From Geopsychrobacteraceae bacterium (GTDB lineage Bacteria; Desulfobacterota; Desulfuromonadia; Desulfuromonadales; Geopsychrobacteraceae), in the NCBI GenBank assembly GCA_963676795.2, contig CAXXTB010000002.1, positions 2,368,001 through 2,432,000 of the forward strand: DNA of 64,000 bases. Direction: 5' to 3'. Positions 26,680-36,555 of the stretch are shown one piece after another. Each line of letters starts with the position of its first letter. Within the stretch, counting starts at the first letter, position 1. The notes beneath the pieces are model-generated. The model searched no databases. It saw nothing but the letters and a program-made list of their open reading frames with translations, and was not told where the DNA came from. The translations under genes were made by a program, and so were the position numbers.

Positions 26680-27225
26680 TTACAGAGTGCCTGGGGCACC
26701 GAGAAAAGGCTTGCCGTCCAGCCGTCGTTGCTGCAACAGCAGTCCGCTCATTCCAGCCCCCGCATACCTGAGGGAGAACTGCTGGTAGATTTCACGTAAC
26801 TGCCTGTCAAGTTGATAGAAGGTTTCGACCTGCACGGCGGACAAGCTTCCTTCTATCATATCACAGATGAAGGTCACACAATTATATGGACGACGCGCTT
26901 CGTCAAGCAGACAGCCTGATGTGCTCAAAAAGGGGCAGGTTCTGGCAAAGTCAGGCTGCGGTGGACACTCTCCGGCCCCTAGGTAGGCGAGCAGGTTGGC
27001 CAGGGTCATATGGTTGTGCCCTTTATGGCAGCACTCACCAAGACAACTGCAGCAATGCTCGGCTCCGTTACCCAGATAAAACAGCTGCTGCAGTTCGCCC
27101 TGAAGCCTGCCGATCCGCTCCAGCCGAGCGGCGATCCAGTCCTTCTCGTTCTCGTTAAGAGCCTGATACTCTGTGGCAACCTGGTCGACGATCTGCGCCC
27201 AGCGCCTGCTGCGTTCTTCTGTCAT
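26680..27225 (-). CDS. Cys-rich hypothetical protein (YkgJ/CxxCxxCC-like metal cluster)
   Basis: CCSCLGECC, CPFL...GC, RPYNC..FIC. ATG 27225 chosen because the longer ORF runs into rnpB. Confidence 0.7.
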   Translation of the reverse strand: MTEERSRRWAQIVDQVATEYQALNENEKDWIAARLERIGRLQGELQQLFYLGNGAEHCCSCLGECCHKGHNHMTLANLLAYLGAGECPPQPDFARTCPFLSTSGCLLDEARRPYNCVTFICDMIEGSLSAVQVETFYQLDRQLREIYQQFSLRYAGAGMSGLLLQQRRLDGKPFLGAPGTL

Positions 27226-27279
27226 TCTCACTTCCAAATAAAAAGGCAGTATGACCTGCGCCATACTGCCCCGTAATAA

Positions 27280-27665
27280 CAGGCCGAAGAAGGCCATAAG
27301 CCGGGTTCTGTTCTCTGCCGCAGTTACCCGCAACAGAGTGACGATCATTCATCTAGGGCCAGCGTTGCCACTGGCCTCAAGCAGCCAGACCCGGAAACTT
27401 CGGACGGACCGCCCTCAAACGTTTCCCTATTCGACCTTGCTCCGGATGGGGTTTACCTAGCATTCGACGTCACCATCGAAACTGGTGAGCTCTTACCTCA
27501 CCCTTTCACCCTTACCGACTGCCACAAGGACAGCGGCGGTCTTCTCTCTGTGGCACTTTCCCTGGGGTCACCCCCGGTTCCCGTTAGGAACCATCCCGTC
27601 CTGCGGAGCCCGGACTTTCCTCCCGTCGCTTAGCGACCGGCGATCATCTGTCCTTCTTCGACCTG
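27280..27665 (-). ncRNA. rnpB: RNase P RNA (type A)
   Basis: Minus strand contains GAGGAAAGTCCGGGCTCC, AGTGCCACAGAGA, GGTAAACCCC..CCGGAGCAAG and ACAGAACCCGGCTTA; 5' and 3' ends are complementary (P1). Confidence 0.96.
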
Positions 27666-27671
27666 AACTTC

Positions 27672-28382
27672 TTACGCGTCTTTCTCGATATAGAGAATAC
27701 GATTACAGTGCGGACAGGTCAACATCTCGGAGGCACTGAGCAACCGGTTATAGTGCTGTGGCGGCAGCTGCATGTTACACCCCAGACAGGCCCCGTTCTG
27801 GGCCAGGGCCAGGGCCAGGCCACCGCGGCGTTTGAACAGCGCCTGATATTTGCTCAGCAGGCTTTTCGGCAGATCGGCGGCAACAGTCTGACGATTGGCG
27901 GTCTTGGTCTCCAGCTCAGCCTCGGAATCACCCAGCAGCTGGGTCAGTTCGGCGCCACGGGCCTGGACTTTTTCATTGAGCTGTTCCAGTTCGGTCTCTT
28001 TTTCTTTGAGATCCCCCTCAAGAGCACTGATCTCCTGACGTTTCTCCTGCAGCTTGTCGTCAAGATCTTTGTTGGCTTTTTTGGCCAGATCGATCTCTTT
28101 GAGAACAGCGACATATTCCTTCTGGGTCTGGATATCCGGCAGGCGTGATTCAACCCTGGTGACATTGTCACGCTCTTTCTGCAGCTCCTGTAACAGCTCG
28201 CTTTCCTGCGAACTCAATTCAGAGATTTCCTCATTCAGCTGATCAAGCATCTGCTGTACCCTGGCGATGTCGCTCTCCAGCGTAGCCTGTTCATCCTTGT
28301 AACCCTCGCGGGCTTTTTCCAGGGCGCTGATTTCCTGATCGATCTCCTGCAGATCAAGGAGCAGTGTCATCTGGTCATGCAC
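27672..28382 (-). CDS. Coiled-coil protein with C4-type zinc ribbon (DUF164/HP0958-like)
   Basis: LQEID start, long coiled coil, CLGCNMQLPPQ...CPHCNRILY. Confidence 0.9.
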   Translation of the reverse strand: MHDQMTLLLDLQEIDQEISALEKAREGYKDEQATLESDIARVQQMLDQLNEEISELSSQESELLQELQKERDNVTRVESRLPDIQTQKEYVAVLKEIDLAKKANKDLDDKLQEKRQEISALEGDLKEKETELEQLNEKVQARGAELTQLLGDSEAELETKTANRQTVAADLPKSLLSKYQALFKRRGGLALALAQNGACLGCNMQLPPQHYNRLLSASEMLTCPHCNRILYIEKDA

Positions 28383-28417
28383 GGTAATACCTCCATAGTT
28401 CGGACTTGATTGCGGCT

Positions 28418-29548
28418 TTAGACAAACGAGAAGGGGTCCTGTTCATCCGCCATTTCTATAATTTCAGCCGCCAGCTGGCGGTCTGCTACGAACCCTCTCA
28501 GGCGTTCTGCCAATTCTTTAACCATCAGACGCTCGGTGGCAAAATGCCCGGCGTCAATTAAGGCCATGCCGTCCTGGCGGGCACGCTGAGCCTCATGAAA
28601 TTTAACATCCCCGGTCACCAGGCAGTCGGCCCCCTGACGCAGGGCCTCAGAGTACATACTGACACCACTGCCACCACAGACGGCAATCTTCTGAACACTC
28701 CTATCCAGATCGCCGGTCAGTCGTAAGGTGTCGATGCCAAGGGCCTGCTTGACCTGTTCGGCGAAGTCACGCAATGACATGGATTCAGCCAAACGCCCGA
28801 TACGCCCCAGACCGATGTCGTTCCTCTCGTTGGCCAGGGGGATCAGATCGTAGGCCACCTCTTCATAAGGGTGAACCTTGATCATCCGCGTCACCACCTT
28901 CGCCACCAGGGGGCGCGGAACGATGGCTTCAACCCTGAGCTCCTCGGTTTCTTCCAGCTCACCGGCCTTACCGATAAACGGGGTCGACTCACGATCGCCA
29001 CGAAAGCTCCCCGTTCCCCGGCTGCGGAAGGAACAACTATCATAGTCGCCGATCTGCCCCGCCCCGGCGGCAAACAGCTCCTGCATGACCTCGCCTTCAT
29101 GTCCAGCAGGAACGAAAACGACGAGCTTGAGGAAGTGACCGCTTTCGGGACGTTCCAGCGGAGCAACCTGCGCAAGCCCAAACCGTGCCGCAAGCCAGTC
29201 GTTTAGGCCGTCTTTTGCCCGGTCCAGGTTGGTATGAGCACTGACCACAGCGATATCGTTCTTGATCGCCTGCATCACCAGGCGTCCGGTCATGTCGCTG
29301 GCAGTAATTCTCTTCAGTGGGCGAAAGATGAAGGGGTGGTGAGAAACAATCAGCTTGGCTCCAAGCTCGGCAGCCTTTCTCAGTGCAATTTCTTCAACAT
29401 CCAGGCAAACAAGAATTTTTTCAATCTCGGCAAGAGGGTCACCGACCTGCAGTCCGACATTGTCCCATTCTTCCGCTAAAGCCGCTGGATAGCTGCTGTT
29501 GAGCCAGCCTAAAAACTCTGTCAAACGGGGCTTTTTCGCTACGGCCAT
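28418..29548 (-). CDS. Nif3-like dinuclear metal-centre hexameric protein with PII-like insert
   Basis: AEEWDNVGLQVG, SHHP, AHTNLD, GAGQIGDY..CSF, HPYEEVAYD, DAGHFATE. Confidence 0.95.
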   Translation of the reverse strand: MAVAKKPRLTEFLGWLNSSYPAALAEEWDNVGLQVGDPLAEIEKILVCLDVEEIALRKAAELGAKLIVSHHPFIFRPLKRITASDMTGRLVMQAIKNDIAVVSAHTNLDRAKDGLNDWLAARFGLAQVAPLERPESGHFLKLVVFVPAGHEGEVMQELFAAGAGQIGDYDSCSFRSRGTGSFRGDRESTPFIGKAGELEETEELRVEAIVPRPLVAKVVTRMIKVHPYEEVAYDLIPLANERNDIGLGRIGRLAESMSLRDFAEQVKQALGIDTLRLTGDLDRSVQKIAVCGGSGVSMYSEALRQGADCLVTGDVKFHEAQRARQDGMALIDAGHFATERLMVKELAERLRGFVADRQLAAEIIEMADEQDPFSFV

Positions 29549-29561
29549 AGCTAATATCCCC

Positions 29562-29598
29562 AAAAAGAAAGAGTGCACCGGTTTTCCGGTGCACTCTT
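29562..29598 (-). terminator. Intrinsic terminator immediately upstream of the Nif3-like start
   Basis: Minus strand AAGAGTGCACCGG-AAAA-CCGGTGCACTCTT followed by TCTTTTT. Confidence 0.75.
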
Positions 29599-29770
29599 CT
29601 CAGTCTTGTCAGTTTTTTCCATTTTCCAGGTAGCGAGCCTCTTCATCTGAGTATTCCCCCGCTGTATTGCTGCAGCGAGTAACCGATGGTATGCAATTTG
29701 GACTCCGTTCAACTGTAACGCCTGAAAAACTCTATTAGAAAAGCAAAAACTGCGTAACTTTGTAATATCT

Positions 29771-29847
29771 TGGTGGGCCCACCAGGACTCGAACCTGGGA
29801 CCAGCCGGTTATGAGCCGGCGGCTCTAACCAACTGAGCTATAGGCCC
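29771..29847 (-). tRNA. tRNA with CAT anticodon, most likely tRNA-Ile2 (lysidine-modified)
   Basis: GGGCCTATAGCTCAGTTGGTTAGAGCCGCCGGCT-CAT-AACCGGCTGGTCCCAGGTTCGAGTCCTGGTGGGCCCACCA. Ile-like acceptor stem, paired G1-C72, position downstream of rpoD as for ileX. Confidence 0.93.
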
Positions 29848-29862
29848 TTCCACAAATACGCA

Positions 29863-29906
29863 GAATAAGAAAATCGCAGCGCACCTGTCAAGCGATTTTC
29901 TTATTC
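29863..29906 (-). terminator. 15-bp inverted repeat after rpoD, overlapping a putative tRNA promoter
   Basis: gaataagaaaatcgc-N14-gcgattttcttattc; minus-strand TTGACA (29886-29891) in the loop, TATTCT 18 nt downstream. Confidence 0.6.
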
Positions 29907-29931
29907 ATCACGCAAAAAGAAACATCCTCCG

Positions 29932-31683
29932 TCACTCGCTCGAAGCGAATCCTTTCAGACGCTTAGCGCGACTTGGATGTCTCAGCTTACGCAGGGCCTT
30001 GGCCTCGATCTGACGAATCCGCTCCCGGGTCACGTTGAAGTCCTGACCAACCTCTTCGAGGGTGTGGTCCGACTTCTCACCGATGCCGAAACGCATACGC
30101 AGAACCTTCTCTTCACGCGGGGTAAGAGACGACAGCACCCGGGAGGTCTGGTCGGACAGGTTGCCCTTGATAACGGCCTCCAGTGGCGAAACAACCCCCT
30201 TGTCCTCGATAAAATCACCCAGCGAGGAATCTTCCTCCTCACCGATCGGGGTCTCGAGGCTGATCGGCTCCTTGGCAATCTTGAGCACGCGGCGGACCTT
30301 GTCGAGCGGCAGATCCATGCGCTCGGCAATCTCCTCCGGGGTCGGCTCACGGCCACATTCCTGAACCAACTGGCGGGTGGTGCGGATCAGCTTGTTGATC
30401 GTTTCGATCATGTGAACAGGAATGCGGATAGTTCTCGCCTGGTCGGCGATCGCCCGGGTAATCGCCTGACGAATCCACCAGGTCGCATAGGTCGAGAACT
30501 TGTAACCGCGGCGGTATTCGAACTTGTCGACCGCCTTCATCAGGCCGATATTCCCCTCCTGAATCAGGTCAAGGAACTGCAGACCACGGTTGGTGTATTT
30601 CTTGGCTATCGAAACAACCAGGCGCAAGTTGGCCTCGATCAGCTCGGTCTTGGCCTTCTTGGCAATCCACTCCCCTTTGTAAACTTCCTTCAGGTACTCG
30701 AGCAGTTCGTCCGGCTCAAAGCCCGACTCTTCACGGACCATCTTGAACTTACGCTCGGCAGCCATCAGACGTTTTTCAACCGACAGCAGGATATCCCCGG
30801 CAACGCCAAGTTCCTCGGCAACAGCGTGAGCTTCCTCATCGCTCTGACGCATGCGGGTCAGATAAGCACCAATCTCAGCGTAAGGCTTCTTGATCTTCTT
30901 TTCGCAATCGGCAACTTCAGCCTGCCCTTTTTTGACCTGATTGCCCATCTCCTTGAGACGGTCGACAATCTTGGCGACCTGAAAATCCTTCAGCCGGACC
31001 TCACGCAGCACATCGATGAAGGCAGCACGCTTTTCTTCCTGCTGCTTTTCAAGGGTTTCCTGCTTCTTCTTGGCCGGACCTTCGGCCAGTTCACCGGCAA
31101 TCGCCCCCAGCTCCTGATCAAGAGCCTGCAGACGAACGTATACGTCCGTCAGACGCTCACGCTGGGTCACCTCTGCCGCATCCCCCTCTTCTTCATCGTA
31201 ATCCCGGGTGATATCGGAGACACTAGCCTGCCCCTTCTCCAGCTTTTCCAGCAGGAGCAGAACTTCACGGGCAGCGATCGGCGTGCGCATAACAACCTTG
31301 GCAACCAGCGCATCCCCTTCTTCAATTCTTTTGGCAATTTCAACTTCCCCCTCACGGGTCAACAGAGCGACCTGCCCCATTTCGCGAAGGTACATACGGA
31401 CTGGATCACTGGTTCGGCCGAGGGTTCCGGCTTCCAGCTCCACATCCCCATCCCCGTCCTCATCATCAAGATCGTCGTCATCCTTGGAACTGGAAATCTT
31501 GCTGTCGGAATCAACGACTTCGATATCCATTTCACCGAACATACTCATCACATCTTCAAGCTGCTCAGAAGAAACCATGCTCGCCGGGAGCATGTCATTC
31601 ACTTCGTCATAGGTCAGGAACCCCTTTTCCTTTCCCATATCGATAAGCTGTTGAACTTCTTCTTGATTTGACTTCTTTGCCAT
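29932..31683 (-). CDS. rpoD: RNA polymerase primary sigma factor
   Basis: Region 1.1 ([14 protein letters not shown]), [65 protein letters not shown]. Confidence 0.99.
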   Translation of the reverse strand: MAKKSNQEEVQQLIDMGKEKGFLTYDEVNDMLPASMVSSEQLEDVMSMFGEMDIEVVDSDSKISSSKDDDDLDDEDGDGDVELEAGTLGRTSDPVRMYLREMGQVALLTREGEVEIAKRIEEGDALVAKVVMRTPIAAREVLLLLEKLEKGQASVSDITRDYDEEEGDAAEVTQRERLTDVYVRLQALDQELGAIAGELAEGPAKKKQETLEKQQEEKRAAFIDVLREVRLKDFQVAKIVDRLKEMGNQVKKGQAEVADCEKKIKKPYAEIGAYLTRMRQSDEEAHAVAEELGVAGDILLSVEKRLMAAERKFKMVREESGFEPDELLEYLKEVYKGEWIAKKAKTELIEANLRLVVSIAKKYTNRGLQFLDLIQEGNIGLMKAVDKFEYRRGYKFSTYATWWIRQAITRAIADQARTIRIPVHMIETINKLIRTTRQLVQECGREPTPEEIAERMDLPLDKVRRVLKIAKEPISLETPIGEEEDSSLGDFIEDKGVVSPLEAVIKGNLSDQTSRVLSSLTPREEKVLRMRFGIGEKSDHTLEEVGQDFNVTRERIRQIEAKALRKLRHPSRAKRLKGFASSE

Positions 31684-31785
31684 CAGGGTCTGTTCTCCTC
31701 TGCGTTCTGACATCATGCAGACTGAATGGGTTATCTTTTTATTGTACCTGCTTTGCAGGATACTTTCATGCGCTCAGGAGGTTTT

Positions 31786-33678
31786 CTACCTGCGCCCTTT
31801 GAGCTGTATCAGCAGGTCCGCCAGTTCCTTGCAATAAATATCCGCCTGTGCGGTGTCCCCAGCCTGCTCGGCCTGCGGGATCTTTTGTTTCTGCAAGTCT
31901 GCTATACGTTCCTGAAGCGACAGCTTTTCAAGCGCCCAAATACAGTCGTCAGCTATTCTCTGAGCGTTCTCGCTGTAGCGACCGTCATCGATCGCCAGAT
32001 TCATGGCCAAACGGCCCAGGTCCGGAGGCAGAGCCTCCAGGATTTTTGCCAGTCGGTCTTCCCCTTCGGGATCAACCCCAGCCCAGGCATCCGCGATGGC
32101 AACAGCATCGGGATGACGCATCAGCCCTGCGGCTGAACGATAGGCAACAGGCTTGATCAAGCCCAGAAGCATCAGACTCAGCAGGGGCGACTCGATGGTC
32201 GACAGCGGCTGAACCGCTTTCTTCTCGACAGTCGCCGGCCCGGACAGCGGCTCGGCCACGGGAGCATAATTCTCCTCAGTATGCAGATAGCCGTCTTCGG
32301 GCAACGGATAATCATCCTCAACCGGCAGATAATAGTCCGCGACCGGCTCCGGACGCGGAGCGGCCCGCTCGGACTGTACCGGGCGCACCTGACGGACCAT
32401 CAGCTTTTTCAGCAGCTCCAGCTCAATCCCACTATCAGCAGCGAGTTTTTTAAGATAGAGATCCTGCTCCAGCTCACTCGGCAAACTGCCGACAACCGCG
32501 AGAATCTCTTCAGCCGCCGCAGCCCGGGCCTCGACATTCTCTTCCGTCCCGGCCAGGCAATCCTGCATGAAAACATCCATTGCCGGCCTCGCTTGTTCCA
32601 GCCGCTGACGGAACGCCTCGGGCGAGCTGTTGACCAGAAAGGAGTCGGGATCATCCCCGGCCGGCAGCTCTACAACCCGGCTCGGCAGCCCTTCTTCCTG
32701 CAGCGCAGCCATCGCCCTGAAGGTCGCCTGGCGACCAGCCGCATCCTGATCAAACAACAGCAACACCCGCTGCACGTAACGCTTGAGCAGCTTCGCGTGC
32801 TCTGCGGTCAGCGCCGTGCCGCAGGTTGCAACGACATTGACGAATCCGGCGCGAAACAGCGCCAACTGATCGAAGTAGCCCTCGACGACCAGCACCTCGC
32901 CGGCCTGGCGCATCGCCTGGCGGGCCTGAAAAAGCCCGAACAGAACAGCCGACTTATGATAGATCGGCGATTCCGGCGAATTGATATACTTCGGTTTGCT
33001 GTCATCCAGCACCCGTCCGCCAAAGGCGACCACCCGCCCGTTCAGATCGTGAATGGGGATCATCAGGCGGCCGCGAAACAGATCGTAATCGTCCCCCTGC
33101 TTGCCCGGCCGGATCAACCCCAGCTGACGGATATCCTCGGTCTTGTAACCACGTGCCAGCAACTCCGCCTTGAGCGCAGTCCAGGACTTGTCGGCAAATC
33201 CCAGCTGAAAGGTCTCCGCCGTATTGCGGCCATAACCGCGTTGCTTCAGATAGTGGCGCCCCGCCTCACCGGCCAGGGCCTCCATCAGCAGACGATGGAA
33301 ATAATCCGCCGTCGCCCGGTTGATATCAAACAGTTTGTCGCGCTGGCGCTGGCGGCGCTCCTCTTCCGGCGAGAGCTTCTGCTCTTCGATTTCAATCCCG
33401 TAGCGATCAGCCAGACGGCGCACCGCCTCAGGGAAATTCAGCCCCTCAACCTTCATCAGGAAGGAGAAGACATCGCCCCCGACGCCGCAGCCGAAACAGT
33501 GATAAAACTGGCGCGCGGCATTGACGCTGAAAGAGGGTGTCTTCTCAGAATGAAACGGACACAATCCGGAATGGTTCGCCCCCGATCGTTTCAGACTGAC
33601 GTACTGAGACACCAGCTCAACAATATCGGCTCGCTCACGGATTTCGTTTATCTTGCTGTCGGCTATCTGTCCGCTCAT
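31786..33678 (-). CDS. dnaG: DNA primase
   Basis: CPFHSEKTPSF...CFGC zinc finger, FGGR, KYINSPE, VEGYFD, FDQD.AG, DPD TOPRIM motifs. Confidence 0.98.
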   Translation of the reverse strand: MSGQIADSKINEIRERADIVELVSQYVSLKRSGANHSGLCPFHSEKTPSFSVNAARQFYHCFGCGVGGDVFSFLMKVEGLNFPEAVRRLADRYGIEIEEQKLSPEEERRQRQRDKLFDINRATADYFHRLLMEALAGEAGRHYLKQRGYGRNTAETFQLGFADKSWTALKAELLARGYKTEDIRQLGLIRPGKQGDDYDLFRGRLMIPIHDLNGRVVAFGGRVLDDSKPKYINSPESPIYHKSAVLFGLFQARQAMRQAGEVLVVEGYFDQLALFRAGFVNVVATCGTALTAEHAKLLKRYVQRVLLLFDQDAAGRQATFRAMAALQEEGLPSRVVELPAGDDPDSFLVNSSPEAFRQRLEQARPAMDVFMQDCLAGTEENVEARAAAAEEILAVVGSLPSELEQDLYLKKLAADSGIELELLKKLMVRQVRPVQSERAAPRPEPVADYYLPVEDDYPLPEDGYLHTEENYAPVAEPLSGPATVEKKAVQPLSTIESPLLSLMLLGLIKPVAYRSAAGLMRHPDAVAIADAWAGVDPEGEDRLAKILEALPPDLGRLAMNLAIDDGRYSENAQRIADDCIWALEKLSLQERIADLQKQKIPQAEQAGDTAQADIYCKELADLLIQLKGRR

Positions 33679-36047
33679 CGGCCACTCAGCTCAACGATGG
33701 TCACATTGTCTCCGCCCTGCTCGATCGGCGCGGCGTAAAAGGCCGTCACCCCCTGCTCCCGGGCCAGCTGCTCCCGGACAGCGCGGCGCAGAGCACCACC
33801 GCCGGCGCCGTGGACAATCTCGATCTGGCGCAAATTTCCCAGCCGGGCATCGTCGACGAAACGTTCCAGCAGGACAATGGCATCCTCCACCCGTTTGCCG
33901 ACCAGCATCAGCTTCATCGAGGCCTGACGTTCGGTAACGCTACGCGACAACTGCCCCTGACGCTCCCTCTGGGTCGCGAAGCGTCTTGGGCTGAACTGTT
34001 CCAGAGCTGTCAGCGGCTGCCGCATGCGCTTGCCGTTGACCAGCAGTTCAGCTTTACTGCCAGCAACCTTCTCGACCTGCGCCTCGATCCCCAAACTGAC
34101 GATCCGGACATATTCGCCCGCTTCCAGTTGAGTTGGAACGGCGGCCGACTTGCGTCCCTTCGGCTTATAGGGCTCAAGCGTCTCGCGGGCCTGGGCCAGC
34201 TGCTGCCGGTCGCCTACAGCTTCTGCCGGAGTCACCGGTCCGGAGCTGCGCTTTTTGCGCAGTTGCTTCAACCGCCCTTCGGTTTCAGCAATCAACTGTT
34301 CGGCCTGCTGCGTCGCTTTGCGCAGGATCTCCTTCTTTCTACTCTTCAGTTCCTGCAATTGCGCCTTGCGTAACTGCTGTGCCCCCTGCGCATCGATGCG
34401 CGCCCGGCGGGCCAGTTCCAGTTCCCGGTCAAGCTCCTGCTGCCGCTGATTGAGACGCGCCAGCAGATGACTCTGATCGTACTCTTCGTGACCGAGATAC
34501 TCGATCGCCCGGTCCACCACCTGCGCCGGCAGCCCCATCCTGCGCGCCGTGGTCAGGGCGCTGCTCGCTCCGGGAATGCCGTAGCGCAGCTTGTAGGTCG
34601 GCGTCAGAGTGACCGGATCGAACTCGACCGCGGCATTCTCGATTCCGGGCTGACTGTCGGCAAAATGCTTGAGCTGCCCGAGGTGTGTCGTCAACAAGGT
34701 CTTTGCCCCCTGTCGGCCCAACTGATCCAGTACGGCCTGCACCAAGGCAGCACCTTCAGCGGGATCAGTCCCCGAACCGGCCTCATCGAGCAGTACCAGG
34801 GTTTCCGCATCGGCCTCCTCAAGAATCTGACGAATCCTCACCAGGTGACCGGAAAAGGTCGAAAGGCTCTGCTCAATGCTCTGCTCATCGCCGATATCGA
34901 CATGAACATGAGCAAACAGGTGCAGTCGGCTGTCCGGATGACAGGGAACCCGCAGACCGGAACGCAGCATCAGCAATTGCAGGCCAAGGGTTTTCAGTGC
35001 CACCGATTTACCACCGGTATTCGGCCCGCTGATAACCAACGCATGGCAGTGCTCCGGCAACAGGATATCGACAGCAACCGCAGAATCCGGGTCAAACTGC
35101 CCCCCCTTCTCCATCAGCAGCGGATGACGCGCCTGTTTCAGCTCAACAGTCGTCACAGCGACCAGCTCGGGCCTGACGCCCTGATAAGCGCGGGCCAGGC
35201 GGGCACTGGCAAAGCGCAGATCCAGCTGGGCGGTGAGTTCCTGATTGACAGTCAGCACACCCCGGTCGCGGCGGACCAGATCGGAGAGCTGCAGAAGAAT
35301 CCGTCGTTCCTCACGCTGCTCATCCCTCAGCAGCTGCTGAAGCCGGTTGTTGCTATCAAAGACCTGAGCCGGTTCGACGTAAAGCGTCTGACCACTGGCC
35401 GACTCATCAAGCACATAACCTTTCAGCTGGCCACGATGGTCGCTCTTGACCGGCACCACATAGCGCCCGTTACGCATCGTCACCAGGCGTTCCTGAAAAC
35501 AGGCCGCATACTGTTCCGAGGCCAGCAGCTGTTCAAGCTGCTGCTTGATCCGGCTGCGCAGCTGACGGATCTGGTAGCGGATATCACCGAGCTCGAACGA
35601 GGCGCTGTCGAGCAGTTCACCACGACTGCCGATCGAATCCTGCAGGCGTCTGCGCAACTCGCTGAGCGGCTCAAGCCGTTCGGCCTGTCCGCACAACAGC
35701 GGAGAATTTTCACGCCCACGAAACCAGCTCCGGCAGCTGTCATAGACCAGCAGAGAGTCAAGAATCTTCATCAGCTCATCGGCAGCAATCAGACTGCCAG
35801 CGGCCTGAGCCTTGGCCAGCACGGACTTCAGGTCGCAGGCCCCGCCAAAAGCAGGGGACTCACCGTCGCTGAGCAGCGCAGCTGCCTCGTCCAGCTGATC
35901 CAGAACCGTATCAATACGGGTCTGATCACTCATAGGCCTCAGCTCGCTGGCCTTTTTGCGTCCCGGTTCGGACTGGGTCTGCCCCGCCAGCAGGCGAGTC
36001 AGAGCTGGATATTCAAGCCTCTGCAGAGCGACTTCGGAACAAACCAT
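33675..36047 (-). CDS. mutS2: Endonuclease MutS2
   Basis: SASGQTLYVEP, ISGPNTGGKS, DIGDEQSIEQSLSTFSGH, LLDE.G.GTDP.EG, C-terminal Smr (IVHG.G.G.LR, GGD..T). Confidence 0.95.
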   Translation of the reverse strand: MVCSEVALQRLEYPALTRLLAGQTQSEPGRKKASELRPMSDQTRIDTVLDQLDEAAALLSDGESPAFGGACDLKSVLAKAQAAGSLIAADELMKILDSLLVYDSCRSWFRGRENSPLLCGQAERLEPLSELRRRLQDSIGSRGELLDSASFELGDIRYQIRQLRSRIKQQLEQLLASEQYAACFQERLVTMRNGRYVVPVKSDHRGQLKGYVLDESASGQTLYVEPAQVFDSNNRLQQLLRDEQREERRILLQLSDLVRRDRGVLTVNQELTAQLDLRFASARLARAYQGVRPELVAVTTVELKQARHPLLMEKGGQFDPDSAVAVDILLPEHCHALVISGPNTGGKSVALKTLGLQLLMLRSGLRVPCHPDSRLHLFAHVHVDIGDEQSIEQSLSTFSGHLVRIRQILEEADAETLVLLDEAGSGTDPAEGAALVQAVLDQLGRQGAKTLLTTHLGQLKHFADSQPGIENAAVEFDPVTLTPTYKLRYGIPGASSALTTARRMGLPAQVVDRAIEYLGHEEYDQSHLLARLNQRQQELDRELELARRARIDAQGAQQLRKAQLQELKSRKKEILRKATQQAEQLIAETEGRLKQLRKKRSSGPVTPAEAVGDRQQLAQARETLEPYKPKGRKSAAVPTQLEAGEYVRIVSLGIEAQVEKVAGSKAELLVNGKRMRQPLTALEQFSPRRFATQRERQGQLSRSVTERQASMKLMLVGKRVEDAIVLLERFVDDARLGNLRQIEIVHGAGGGALRRAVREQLAREQGVTAFYAAPIEQGGDNVTIVELSGR

Positions 36048-36052
36048 CTCCG

Positions 36053-36538
36053 TCAGCGCCCGATTCCGCCTCGTCCGGCATCAAAAGCGGCCCGCCCCAG
36101 AGAGACAAAGGGAGGGGCCAGCTGCGACCCGGAGACAAACGACCGACTCCATTTGGGAGCCAGGCTCGAGGACAGGACCAGCAGCAGGATGGAAACGATG
36201 ACAACCCCCTGCACAATGCCAAAGATAGCCCCGGCCAGACGATTGAAACCGCCAAGAAAAATCAGCTTGACGAAGCGATTCAGAACAAAACCGACAACGC
36301 CAAAAAGAAAGATAACCAGCAGGAAAATGACCAGAAAGCTCCCCCAGGCAGACAGTCTGGCAGGCAGCCCGTACGACGCCTGAAGCCACTCGGCAGCAGG
36401 CTGATTAAAGGTAAAGGCAAAAAGCCCCCCCAGAACCAGACCGAGCAGCGAACAAACCTCCCTGAGCAGTCCTCGCCAGATCCCCTTGATCAAAAAAATG
36501 GCAAGTATGGCCAGTATTCCAATATCAACAAACGCCAT
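36053..36538 (-). CDS. cvpA: CvpA family membrane protein
   Basis: D..IL......G.WRGL.RE..SL, NRL.GA.FG; four TM helices. Confidence 0.9.
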   Translation of the reverse strand: MAFVDIGILAILAIFLIKGIWRGLLREVCSLLGLVLGGLFAFTFNQPAAEWLQASYGLPARLSAWGSFLVIFLLVIFLFGVVGFVLNRFVKLIFLGGFNRLAGAIFGIVQGVVIVSILLLVLSSSLAPKWSRSFVSGSQLAPPFVSLGRAAFDAGRGGIGR

Positions 36539-36555
36539 AACAGCTTGATGGCCGA

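Noticed and set aside
27226..27739. Short ORFs and an ORF extension over 27226-27739
   Set aside because: The region is the RNase P RNA gene.
29771..29847. tRNA-Met call, and tRNA as an island integration site
   Set aside because: Acceptor stem and location favour Ile2, and there is no initiator C1:A72 mismatch. No duplicated 3' end or integrase was seen in the window.
29977..36383. Long plus-strand ORFs (564, 485 and 638 aa)
   Set aside because: Antisense shadows of rpoD, dnaG and mutS2.
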